Of a stretch of 64,000 nucleotides of DNA, positions 21,432-33,279 are shown in pieces. The notes under the pieces were generated by a model, which worked only from the letters and a program-made list of their open reading frames with translations, did not search any database and was not told where the DNA came from. Location of the stretch: the NCBI GenBank assembly GCA_030390025.1, contig CM059432.1:71612001-71676000 (forward strand), read 5' to 3'. Every line of letters starts with the position of its first letter. The stretch's first letter is position 1. A program made the translations under genes and the position numbers. Source of the stretch: Squalus acanthias. Taxonomy: Eukaryota.

Positions 21432-23970
21432 TCTGCTCCTCTTACTCCTTCCTGCTATTTGGTGGCCTCCAAAATACACCAAGTAGCGTAATAGCTCCTC
21501 TATTGTTTCACAACTCCAATCAAATAGATTCTGTCTTTGAACCCTCAAGGGCATTCTCTCTTTCTAGCACTGTAAATATTTTTCTTAATCAAAACTGCTA
21601 CCCCTCCTTTTTTTAACTTCCCTATTTTTCCTGAATACCTTGTAGTCAGGACTATTAAACATCCAGTCCCTCCCCTTTTTTGAGCCAGGTCTCATTTATC
21701 GCCACTACATCATATTCCCATGTGACGATTTGCACCTGCAGCTCACCAACCTCATTAACCACACTTTGTGCACTCCAAACCTATCTTCGACCTAATTCTG
21801 TATTATTTTGAACTCTTACTGTCTCTCCCAGTCCTCTGTGCACCTTGTTTCTACTTATTAATACTACATCCTGGCGCCAATCCCCTGGCGAATTAGTTCA
21901 AACCCACCACCACAGCACTAGTTAACCAATAGGGATATTGGTCCCAGCTCTGTTCAGGTGCAACCCGTCCATCCTGAACAGGTCCCTCCTGCCACAGAAC
22001 TGGCCCCAATGTTCCAGGAATCTTTTTTTTTATTCGTTCATTAGATGTGGGCATCGCTGGCAAGGCCAGCATTTATTGCCCATCCTTAATTGCCCTTGAG
22101 AAGGTGGTGGTGAGCCGCCTGCTTGAACCGCTGCAGTCCGTGTGGTGAAGGTACGCCCACAGTGCTGTTAGGGAGGGAGTTCCAGGATTTTGACCCAGCG
22201 ACGATGAAGGATCGGCGATATACTTCCAAGTCAGGATGGTGTGTGACTTGGAGGGGAACTTGGAGGTGGTGGTGTTCACATGCATCTGCTGCCCTTGTCC
22301 TTCTAGGTGGAAGAGGTCGCGGGTTTGGGAGGTGCTGCCGAAGAAGCCTTGGCAAGTTGCTGCAGTGCATCTTGTAGATGGTACACACTGCAGCCACGGT
22401 ACGCCGGTGGTGGAGGGAGTGAATGTTTAAGGTGGTGGATGGGGTGTCAATCAAGCAGGCTGCTTTGTCCTGGATGGTGTCGAGCTTCTTGAGTGTTGCT
22501 GGAGCTGCACTCATCCAGGCAAGTGGAGAGTATTCCATCACACTCCTGACTTGTGTCTTGTAGATGGTGGAAAGGCTTTGGGGAGTCAGGAGGTGAGACA
22601 CTCGCCACAGAATACCTAGCCTCTGACCTGCTCTTGTTGCCACAGTATTTATGTGGCTTGCCCAGTTAAGTTTCTGGTCAATGGTGACCCCCAGGATGTT
22701 GATGGTGCGGGATTTGGCGATGTTAATGCTGTTGAATGTCAAGGGGCGGTGGTTAGACTCTCGCTTGTTGGAAATAGTCATTGCCTGGCACTTGTGTGGC
22801 ACGAATATTACCTGCCACTTATCAGCCTAAGCCTGAACGTCGTCCAGGTCTTGTTGCATGCGGGCATGGACTGCTTCATTATCTGAGGAGTTGTGAATGG
22901 CACTGAACACTGTGCAGTCATCAGCAAACATCCCCATTTCTGACCTTATGTTGGAGGGAAGGTCATTGATGAATCAGCTGAAGATGGTTGGACCTAGGAC
23001 ACTGCCCTGAGGAACTCCTGCAGCGTTGTCCTGGGGCTGTGATAATTGACCTCCAACCACCACAACCATCTTCCTTTGTGTTAGGTATGACGCCAGCCAG
23101 TGGAGAGTTTTCCCCCCGATTCCCATTGACTTCAGTTTTACTAGGGCTCCTTGATGCCACACTCGGTCAAATGCTGCCTTGATGTCAAGGGCAGTCACTC
23201 TCACCTCACCTCACCTCACCTCTGGAATTCAGCTCCTTTGTCCATGTTTGGACCAAGGCTGTAATGAGGTCGGGAGCTGAGTGGTCTTGGCGGAACCCAA
23301 ACTGGGCATCAGTGAGCAGTTTATTGGTGAGTAAGTGCCGCTTGATAGCACTGTCGATGACAATCTGAAGCACTCTCTCCTACACCATATCTCTAGCCAT
23401 GGATTAACCTGCCATATCTTCCTATTTCTACTCTCACTAGTGCGTGGTACTGGGAGTAATCCACAGATTACTGCCTTTGAGGTCCTGCTTTTTAACTTCC
23501 TTCCTAGCTGCTTAAGCTCTGACTGCAGGACCTCAACCCTCTTCCACCCTATGTTGTTGGTTCCATCATGGACCTTGACTTCTGGCTCTTCCCCTTCCCC
23601 CTGCAGAATGTTCTGCACCCTCTCAGTGATGTCCCTCACCCTGGCACCAGGGAGGCAACATACCATACGGGTCTCACGGCGATGTTAGCAGAACTGCCTG
23701 TCTGTCCCCCTGACCATCGAATCCCAAATTACTACTGCATTCCTACATTTGCTGTAGCCCCCTGTGCAGTCCTTTGCCTCACAGTGCCAGGCTCGGGACT
23801 GCACTCCTTTGAGGTGTCGTCACCCTCACTGGTATTCAATGCTGAATTTCGGTTTGAGAGTGCCACACCCCCGGAGGATTCCTGCATTGTCTGCCTCTTC
23901 CTACCCTTCCGGGTGGCCGCCCACTTGCTATTCTGAACTCTATCTGACTGTGGGGTGACCACGTCCTGAA
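21432..23970 (-). mobile_element. Older CR1 LINE: ORF1 (SGNH esterase-like) and start of ORF2 endonuclease
   Basis: CLPGARVRDI..GTNNIG..GLLPVP..WCRRECFR, then DGLHLN after the insertion; EN-like GVAVLIK..RPPNS near 21450-21600. Confidence 0.8.
22023..23362 (-). mobile_element. 5'-truncated copy (RT and 3' tail) of the second LINE family, inserted into CR1 ORF1
   Basis: [30 protein letters not shown] 22086-22802; A-rich tail at 22023; host ORF1 resumes on both sides around aatc. Confidence 0.9.
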
Positions 23971-24507
23971 ACACTCAGCACTGGGGGAGCAGAGGGTGAG
24001 GGAGGTGCAAAGGAGATTAGAGTCATAATAAAGGGTGCAGATAGGGCTGGGGAAGTTTATAGGAATAAACTGGAGTGAGGGTATGGAGAGATTTGTAAAC
24101 AAGGATTAGGATTTTGAAATCATTGGATGGGACACGGATGGCAGATAAGCAGGACTTAATATGGGATAAGATGCATGTGGCAGAGTTCTGGTTGTCTTGG
24201 CGTTTGTTTAGGATGGAGCCTGAAAGGCTGATGATGAAAGGATAGGAGTAGTTAAGCCTCGCAGTGACAAAGCCATGGATGATGGTTTCAGTGGCAATGG
24301 GAGTGAGCTAGGAATGGAGATGAACAATATTGTGAAAATGGTAACGGCTGATCTTGGAAATGGATTGGTTGTGGAGTTTGGAGCTCAGTTCAGCGTCAAC
24401 CAGGTTACAATAGGTTCAGGCTGAGTCTGAGCAAGCAGCTGGGACAGGGAATGGAATCTGCGGCTGTGGCGTGAAGTTTCTGGCAGGAATCAAACCATTG
24501 GTCTTAC

Positions 24508-24772
24508 TGTGGCGGATCGCCACCTAAAACGGGCATAATCCACTCTTCCGTCTGTGGACAAATTTCCAGCCCCTTCCCCTTTAAGGCACATTACCTTTAA
24601 GGCAGAAGGGGGCGGGGCCTCAGGTTTTACCCAGAGAATTCTGGGAGTTTTTAGCAGAGAATTCTGGGAGCAGCTTTCTCTCAGCCATTTTGTGTAACAT
24701 GCAGTGAATAAAAGTTTCTTGTTTTCCACATATGGATTCAGCCTCCATTCGTGTTTCGCGGTAGCCTCAACA
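24508..24772 (+). repeat. 5' LTR
   Basis: tgtggcggatcgcc...gcctcaaca; AATAAA at ~24707; 4 differences from the 3' LTR counted by eye. Confidence 0.97.
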
Positions 24773-24773
24773 T

Positions 24774-24786
24774 TGGTGACCCGACG
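24774..24786 (+). promoter_or_regulatory. Primer-binding site, tRNA-Trp type
   Basis: tggtgacccgacg, one C shorter than the complement of the tRNA-Trp 3' end (TGGTGACCCCGACG). Confidence 0.8.
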
Positions 24787-24811
24787 CTCAGAACGTATTC
24801 CGAGCACTGCA

Positions 24812-25470
24812 ATGGCGGACACGAACGCAGTTTCCGTGAAACTGCTGGTGTTTTGGGAAAACCAGCCCGAAGCCTGGTTTCTCCAAGCTGAATCTCGCTT
24901 CCGGCTGCGAAATATCACCACAGATGGGACGAAGTACGACTATCTCGTCACATCACTCAGTAGCGCCGCAGTTTCCAAGGTTTGGACAACGCTGCAGAAC
25001 CCACCAGAGGAAGGCAAGTACGCACATCTCAGAACAGCGCTCCTTAAAAAATTTACGGCCTCGGCATATCAGCGAAACTGCCACCTCCTCGACCTTCCAG
25101 GCCTCGGTGATGCCTCACCGTCAGACCTCCTCTCCCACATGCTCTCCCTCACCGATGAGAGCCCACCCGGATCCCTCTTCCGCACGCTGTTCATCCGCCA
25201 GCTCCCTCTCGGCATCCGCCCAGCGATTGTGGCGTCCGGCCTCACGAACCTGGAAGCCCTGGCCGATGATGCCGACAAGCTGCTGTCCGCTCACTCCAGC
25301 CGCGACGTCACTCCGGACCTGGCAGCGCCCCTCACCATCCAGCACACGGCCACAAGGGCCTGTCACCAGGCCCACGGGGCCTTCACGCCCCACTAACCCG
25401 GGCCACTGTTACTACCACGCACGGTTCGGCGCCAGGGCACAACGGTGCACACCTCCCTGCTCTTTCAAGT
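24812..25470 (+). pseudogene. gag: Gypsy gag (frameshifted before the CHCC knuckle)
   Basis: MADTNAVSVKLLVFWENQPEAWFLQAESRF..; frame stops at 25396, while CYYHARFGARAQRCTPPC lies in another frame. Confidence 0.85.
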
Positions 25471-25499
25471 CCGCCCCCGTTCCTGCTCCCGCGATGGCC

Positions 25500-28400
25500 G
25501 TGGGCCACGCGGGCTCCCTGCTGTTCGTCACGGATGACAAAACCGGCCGGCGGTTCCTGTGCGACACTGGGGCTCAGCACAGCATCATCCCGGCCTCCTC
25601 CCTCGACATCCAAAAGGGCGAACGAGGACCGGCGTTGGCTGCTGCTAACGGCTCGGAAATCCGGACATATGGCACCCGGACAGTCACCCTCGACCTCGCT
25701 GGTCACCGCTACCGATAGGAGTTCATCACTGCCAAGGTGCTCTCCCCCCTCATCGGCGCAGATTTCCTGTGTGCCCACGGCTTACTGGTAGACATCCCTC
25801 GTCACCGCCTCGTGGACATGAACACCATGTCCCCCATCCTGGGCGCCATGGCCCCCCGTCAACCCGCCGACATGGCGTCACAGTGCCACGCCCGGCCACG
25901 GATGAGTACTTGGCACTCCTGGCCGAATTCCCGGCCCTTACCAATCCGACCTTCTCCGCGGAGGCCGCCAAACACGGGCTGGAACACTTCATCCCCACCA
26001 CAGGCCCCCCAGTGTACGCCCACGCCCGCAGGCTGGACCCGGCCAAACTGGAGATCGCGCGGACCGAGTTTGCCACCATGGAACAGCTCGGCATCATCCG
26101 CCGCTCCAACAGTCCCTGGGCCTCCCCACTCCACATCGCCCCCAAACCAGGCGGGGGTTGGCGCCCCTGCGGGGATTACCGCCGCCTCAATGACGCCACC
26201 ACCCCTGATCGGTACCCCGTGCCGCACATTCAGGACTTCTCGGCTAGACTGGCCGGCTGCTCAGTCTTTTCCAAGGTCGACCTGGTGCGCGGCTACCACC
26301 AAGGCCCCGTCCACCCCGCGGATGTCCCCAAGACGGCCGTAATCACCCCCTTCGGCCTGTTCGAGTTCCTGCGGATGCCCTTCGGCCTCAAAAACGCGGC
26401 CCAGGCATTCCAACGGCTCATGGACTCGGTCCTTCGGGACCTGAAGTTCTTGTTCGTCTACCTGGACGACATCCTGGTAGCCAGTTCCTCCAAGCAGGAA
26501 CACCTCGAACACCTTCGCATCCGCTTCGGGCGCCTCAGCGACCACGGGCTCATCCTCAGCCCAGCCAAATGCCAGTTCGGCCTGGACAAGATCGACTTCC
26601 TCGGCCACCACATCACCCATGCTGGGGCCATTCCCCTGCCCACCAAGGTGCAGGCCGTCCAACAATTTCCCCGCCCCACCACCATCAAAGGCCTCCAGGA
26701 GTTCCTCGGGATGGTAAATTTCTATAACCGCTTCATCCCCAAAGCGGCGTCCCTCATGAGGCCCCTGTATGAAGCCCTCCGGGGCAGGAGCGGCAAGATG
26801 GCAGTCGAATGGACGGCAGACGTGTCCGCCGCCTTTGATTCCACCAAGACCGCGCTCGCCAACGCCACCCTGCTCGCGCACCCACGGCCCAATGCCAGGG
26901 TAGCGCTCACCACGGACGCCTCCGACCACGCGGTCGGCGCCGTGTATGAGCAGTGGGTCGACGGCGCCTGGCAACCACTTGCCTTCTTCAGCCGCCAACT
27001 ACGCCCCCCGGAGGTCAAGTACAGCACCTTCGACTGTGAGCTCCTCGCGCAGTTCCTGGCGGTCTGCCATTTTCGTTTTTTGCTGGAGGGCCACCCCTTC
27101 ACTGCGTTTGTCGACCACAAGCCCCTGACATTCGCAATGGCAAAGACAACCGACCCCTGGTCCGCCAGGCAGCAGCGCCAGCTCGCGGCAGTGTCCGAGT
27201 TCACCACGGACATCCAACACGTCTCCGGCCGAGACAATGTGGTAGCCGACTGCCTCTCCCGCCCCGCCATCCACGCCGCACACCTAGCAGTCGACTACGC
27301 TCAACTCGCAGCAGACCAGAGCACCGACCCTGATCTGCTCTCCGCACCCACCAACCTGCCAGGGTGACGCCTGGCCGACGTCGCCTGTGGCCCGACCGCA
27401 GTCACGGTCAAGTGCGACATATCCCTATGTCAACCTCGGCCCGTTGTCCCAGCGTCCTGGCGCCGCCGGGTATTCGACATTCTCCACAACCTCTCCCACC
27501 CCGGTGCCCGCGCATCCATCAAATTGGTAGCCAACCGCTTTGTCTGGCGCGGCCTTCGCAAGGGTGTGCGTACTTGGGCCAACTCCTGCCTAGCCTGCCA
27601 ACGGGCCAAGGTACAGCAACACACGAAAGCACCCCTCGAGGAGTTTACCGTCCCCTCGCGAAGATTCGACCACATCCACGTGGACATCGTCGGGCCCCTG
27701 CCGCCGTCACAAGGCCACACGCACTTGCTGACCATCGTTGACCGCACCACACGCTGGCCTGAGGCAATTCCACTGACCTCTATCACCACCGCCGACATCG
27801 CCAGAGCCTTCGTCAGCACCTGGGTCGCACGGTTCGGCGTCCTCTGCGACATGACGTCGGACAGAGGTCCGCAATTTACCTCTGAACTCTGGACCGCCGT
27901 CGCACGCAATCTCGGGGTGACCATTCACCGCACCACAGCGTACCACCCCCAAGCCAACGGACTGTGTGAGCAGTTCCACAGATCCTTGAAGGCATCTCTT
28001 CGAGCCAGCCTCCAAGACGGCGCCTGGACCGACCGACTTCCGTGGGTCCTCCTCGGCCTGCGCACCGTGGTTAAAGAAGACCTCCACGCATCGGCAGCAG
28101 AGCTCGTGTACGGTCAGCCGCTGCGCGTACCCGGCGAGTTCCTGCCCACCGCCACGACACCCTGGTCAGCCGACCAGCAACGCCACGACTTCGCCTCACC
28201 GGCGCTGCAGTTCGCCCCGGTGCCCATTGCCCGGCACGGCGAATCCACCTCACACGTCCCACTAAGCCTGCACCAGGCACGGTTTGTTTTCGTCCGGCAC
28301 GACGCCCACCGCGGACCCCTTCAACCCCCGTACGATGGGCCCTACAAGGTGCTACAGGCTGGGGACAAATTTTTCACCCTGCAAGTGGGCGACAGGACCG

Positions 28401-28615
28401 AAAAAGTGTCGGTGGACCGACTCAAGCCAGCACACTCGGAGCCCGGTGAACAGGTCCCTGTAACCGTCCACCTCCACACGGCCGACCTGCCCTCAAGCCG
28501 GTTCACCCGGCTGCTCCACGCCCGGCCGTTCCACGTCCACCGGCGTCCTACAAGAGCCGCTCCGGCCGGCCCATCAGACCACCGCACCGTCTTGTCCACA
28601 CCTCCTAAGCGGATT
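25500..28615 (+). pseudogene. pol: Gypsy pol (protease, RT, RNase H, integrase), disrupted
   Basis: FLCDTGA protease with TAG at 25716; RT DYRRLN, MPFGLKNA, YLDD and RNase H TDASD, DHKPL in ORF 25769-27367; integrase H..H..CLAC, DIVGP, SDRGPQF, GPYKV in ORF 27524-28648. Confidence 0.92.
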
Positions 28616-28628
28616 CTGGGGGGAGCTG

Positions 28629-28893
28629 TGTGGCGGATCGCCACCTAAAACGGGCATAATCCACTCTTCCGTCTGTGGACAAATTTCCAGCCCCTTCCCC
28701 TTTAAGGCACATTACCTTTACGGCAGAAGGGGGCGGGGCCTCAGGTTTTACCCAGAGAATTCTGGGAGTTTTTAGCAGAGAATTCTGGGAGCAGCTTTCT
28801 CTCAGCCATTTTGTGTAGCATGCAGTGAATAAAAGTTTCTTGTTTTCCACATATGGATTCAGCCTCCATTCGTGTTTCGCGGCAGCCTCAGCA
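28629..28893 (+). repeat. 3' LTR, preceded by polypurine tract ggggggag (28618-28625)
   Basis: Direct repeat of 24508-24772. Confidence 0.97.
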
Positions 28894-29423
28894 TTACCAA
28901 TATTTAGCTAAAATAGCTCTGACCCTATCATAATTTAATATCCGATGGGCAGTTGGACAGCACAGCAGTAGTCATGGAGTTCAGAGTGATGGAAGAGAGG
29001 TAAAGCTGGGTGTCATCAGCATACAAATAGAAACTAACCCCTTACTTACAGATAATGTGGCCATGAGGCAGTATGTAGATAAGGAAAAAGAGGTTGAAAC
29101 CTGAGGGCACAGGAGGAGACGGAAATACAGAAGATGTGCTGGTTATATTGGGACAGGTAAAAATGGAATCATGAAATGATAGTGCCGCAGAGTGGATCAC
29201 AGGGGGAAGGCATTGGAGGAAGAGAGTGTGATCAACTATACTAAAAACTTCAGACATGTCGAGAAAAATAAGAAGGGTTCGCACACCTTAATCACAGTCA
29301 CACAGGAACATTTTAGTGACTGACCAGAATGGTCTCCATGTTGTGGGTGGGCTGTGGATAAGATCAAAGCCACGTCATTTTATCTAATGTTTTACCATTC
29401 TTGACTTTTATCGACCTAACATA

Positions 29424-29552
29424 GGCCCAGAATGTCCTCGGAGCTGTTCCCGTGCCGTCACTGTAACTTTGCTGGAAGCGTGCCAGAAACCCCCTTTACT
29501 TACAGCAACATTACGGCAGTGGCGTGTGAGCAGCTCCGAGGAATTCTGTGCT
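29424..29552. mobile_element. Short fold-back MITE-like element
   Basis: cagaatgtcctcggagctg ... cagctccgaggaattctg terminal inverted arms; related decayed copy at ~34860-34960. Confidence 0.6.
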
Positions 29553-30276
29553 GCTCTTTTGTAATAAAATAGTTGCAAACAGAAATGGAGATCTTGTATA
29601 ATTTTTGTTCACATTGTATTTTTCTTTTCCAAATGTTTATTTAAAATGCATGACTAACATTTATAATCACCACCTGGAGCAGAACTAGAAAAAACTATTC
29701 AGAATTGAGAATCAAACCCTCCTGGCCTCACAGCATATATCGATCTGGCAGCTTGATTCTAACTTATTTAATGGGGTAATTCTGTCTCCTGTGTAGTAAT
29801 TACAATTGAAAAAAAAACAAAGAAACTCCAGCATTCTGTCCTGAGCTCTGACCAGTGGCTTGAAGAGCAATTAAAATCTAACTGATCGCCCCCTGAAGAA
29901 TACAACACTCCTTTCCTTATAGAACTATATATCTCTCTAACTATCTTTGATATTAAAAGTCCTGAGCAGAACAATTATTTCCTGCAAATGTAGCAATTTC
30001 TAACTGTAACACTTTCCTATGATTCTTTTTTTGTCACAATTTTTTAATCACAGCTTTCTGTCGTGGTTTTCTATATTTCTTCTATTTACCTCTGATTGGC
30101 TTATTCTGCCTACATGTCTCATTCCTCTAAACTCCTGACTTGCATGCCCCAGCTTTGAGTGGCATCATTTCCAGCAGCTCCACCCACCTTGGGCCTGTGA
30201 ACAGACCTCAACCCATCCTGCCTTCCTCGTGGCTTTTTCCATAAATCAGGCCTGTCACCCAACCTGAACTGCTAGC

Positions 30277-31520
30277 GCCACTCCCCACTCCCTCCACTCC
30301 CCTCTCCCGCCACTCCCCACTCCCTCCACTCCCCTCTCCCTCCACTCCCCACTCCCTCCACTCCCCTCCCCCGCCACTCCCCACTCCCTCCACTCCCCTC
30401 CCCCGCCACTCCTCTCTCCCGCCACTCCTCACTCCCGCCACTCCCCTCCCCCGCCACTCCCCACTCCCTCCACTCCCCTCTCCCGCCACTCCTCTCTCCC
30501 GTCACTCCCCACTCCCGTCACTCCCCACTCCCGTCACTCCCCACTCCCGTCACTCCCCTCTCCCGCCACTCCTCTCTCCCGCCACTCCTCTCTCCCGCTA
30601 CTCCCCACTCCCGCCACTCCCCACTCCCGCCACTCCCCTCCCCCGCCACTCCCCACTCCCTCCACTCCCCTCTCCCGCCACTCCTCTCTCCCGTCACTCC
30701 CCACTCCCGTCACTCCCCACTCCCGCCACTCCTCTCTCCCGCCACTCCTCTCTCCCGCTACTCCCCACTCCCGCCACTCCCCACTCCCGCCACTCCCGCC
30801 ACTCCCCTCCCCCGCCACTCCCCTCCCCCGCCACTCCCCACTCCCGCCACTCCCCCACTCCCGCCCACTCCCCACTCCCGCCACTCCCCACTCCGCCACT
30901 CCCACTCCCGCAACTCCCTCCCCCGCACTCCTCCCCGCCCTCCTCCCATGCCACTCCCCTCCCCGCCACTCCCCAACTCCCCCACTCCCCTCCCCCGCCA
31001 CTCCCCTCCCCGCCACTCCCCTCCCCGCCACTCCCCACTCCCCTCTCCCGCCACTCCCCTCCCCCACCACTCCCCTCTCCCCCACTCCCTCCCCCCCACT
31101 CCCCTCTCCCCCACTCCCCTCCCCCGCCACTCCCCTCCCCCGCCCACTCCACCTCCCCCGCCACTCCCCTCCCCGCCACTCCCCTCCCCCGCCACTCCCC
31201 TCCCCCGCCACTCCCCTCCCCCGCCAACTCCCCTCCCCCACTCCTCTCCCCCCCCACTCCCCTCTCCCGCACTCCCCTCCCCCGCCACTCCCCTCCCCCG
31301 CACTCCCCCCCCCCCCTCCCCCGCCACTCCCCTCCCCGCCACTCCCCTCCCCCTCCCCCTCCCCCCACTCCCCCCCCACCCCTCTCCCCACTCCCCACTC
31401 CCTCACCCCACTCCCCTCTCCCCAACTCCCCTCCCCGCCACTCCCCTCCCCCGCCACTCCCCTCCCCCACTCCCCTCTCCCCCCACTCCCCACTCCTGCC
31501 ACTCACCTCTCCTGCCGCCT
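30277..31520. repeat. C-rich low-complexity minisatellite (ccactccc-based units)
   Basis: Variants of gccactcccctccccc and ccactccccactccc over ~1.25 kb. Confidence 0.95.
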
Positions 31521-31574
31521 CCCCATCCTAAGAAACTACCATAGTGCCAAATTCCCAGCTTTAACCCAGGAACT

Positions 31575-31820
31575 AATGAGGGAGCACTTTTTCATGCAAA
31601 GGGTAGCGGAAATCTGGAACTCTCTCCCCCAAAGGCCAGTGGATGCTGGGTCAATTGACATTTTCAAGACCAAGATCGATAGATTTTTGTTGAGTAAGAG
31701 TATCAAAGGAAATGGAACAAAAGGCAGGTAAACGGATTTGAGGTACAGATCAGCCATGATCTAATCGAATGTCTGAACAGGCTGGAGGGGCTAAAAGGTC
31801 TACTCCTGTTCTTAAGTTCT
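31575..31820 (+). mobile_element. CR1 3' end fragment
   Basis: tggaactctctccccc..gatcagccatgatctaatcgaatg..tactcctgttc. Confidence 0.75.
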
Positions 31821-33279
31821 TTGAAGTGCCAAAAATAGTCAACATTTCCCTGCCTATGTGCCTTGACCCTTTAATTGGCTGACTTGCTTGTTTTGGGCAT
31901 TTATTTTTTTCCTTGTGCCTCTGTAAAACACCTTTAATTCTATGTTAAAGGCGCTATATAAATGCAAGCTGTTATTATGCCTTTATTTCTAGGCAACTCC
32001 TAATTACAGAACCTGCATATTTAGCTCCCAGCTCTGGACTGAAGACTGTCTCACAGTCCTTTGTTTAAAAGCTCAACCGTCTATGCCTCCCTTTTTTTCA
32101 AGTATGTCCCCAGCCAGGGCTGTGATGCTGAATTCTGATTTGTGATTAGTGATTTGCCAGTATGCCTGTCAATAGATACAGCTACCTCTCACTTCTTGGG
32201 ATGTGGGTTTCAGGAAAATGTCTCCAGCTACTTTTAAATCAATAGGAGCCATCCTGCCTAATGGGCCTGGGATGAGACAATTGACCCTTACTGTATCAGT
32301 TTGAAGTAGACTGTGAGCTGTGATAGTTCACAAACTGATCATTCTGGTTTGAATACATATCTTCAGTGCTTGCCAAAGCAAAGCTAATGTCGCTATTTAA
32401 AAAAAACTGTACAATGTTACTTTGTATTAAAACACAACACTTAAATATAGCTCAATCCAAAAATGCTTTCCATGAAGAATAACAGTTCAAAAATCCCAAA
32501 ATGTGACCGATAAGTATGGTGTTCAAGTTTGAGTTGATCCTCATGTATTCTACTGCAGGAATGGTTTCCAGATTCCCTTGCATTCTTTTTACACATTTTT
32601 AACAATAGTGCACAGCCTGGCCCTGCCCACAAACTCTTATCCAATCCCATCATTCTCTTCTAACACAAAGGAGCATTTCTTCCACCTACCACTGTTTTCT
32701 TATTCTCTGGATCCACAAGCTGCCACACTACCCTCTACACCCTCCTTCCCTTCTCTCTCTGTGCCCTACTCTCTCTTGATTGCACCTCGTATCACTTCTT
32801 CAATATTGAATATCTTTATTTCACCACCACTAGAAGTCAGCTTCATACCCGACATCATGTTATGATCTTACCATATATAACATTTTTGCAAGCAAAGAAA
32901 ATTTTAATTATTTATTTCCAAAGCTTATTATCACCTCACCATCTCCCAGTCCCAAACCCGCCTACTTATAATATCACAGTCCCTCAATCCATGTTTGGCA
33001 TATCTCAGTTTCCCAACCCATCCTCAACATATACCACTCCCTAACTCATATTCAACATATTCTGGCACTCCATTCCATTCTCTACTTACTCACATTTACC
33101 ACCATCAAACCCCATCTATTCATTGTTGTACAAAGCTCCCATTGCCATAGTTCTCCACCCAGCACCACCTATGAGCAGTGTCATGGAAAATCAGGCATAT
33201 GGTCACTTTTGCATGTATGCTGACAACACCCAGTGCTGGATGAGAAAGAATCTCCTTTAACCTAACATCAGCAAATCCA

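Larger units (their letters stand above)
24508..28893 (+). mobile_element. Complete Ty3/Gypsy LTR retrotransposon, CsRn1-like
   Basis: Two 265-bp TG..CA LTRs, 4-bp TSD TTAC (24504-24507, 28894-28897), PBS, PPT, domain order gag-PR-RT-RH-IN. Confidence 0.97.
23975..29340 (-). mobile_element. Old L2 LINE split by the Gypsy provirus (23975-24507 and 28894-29340)
   Basis: Minus-strand YADDTQL (tatgctgatgacacccagc) at ~29005-29023 and DMSEVFSIVDH; similarity to 33730-34180. Confidence 0.6.

Noticed and set aside
20786..21616. Long hydrophobic/Ser-Arg-rich ORFs in three frames
   Set aside because: Products of a stop-free tandem repeat; no domain evidence
18935..23362. Single LINE split by twin-priming inversion
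   Set aside because: The geometry does not fit, the overlap differs at several bases, and the minus copy is a clean insertion in CR1 ORF1
30208..31544. Gly/Glu/Arg-rich and Pro-rich ORFs up to 322 aa
   Set aside because: Low-complexity repeat translations
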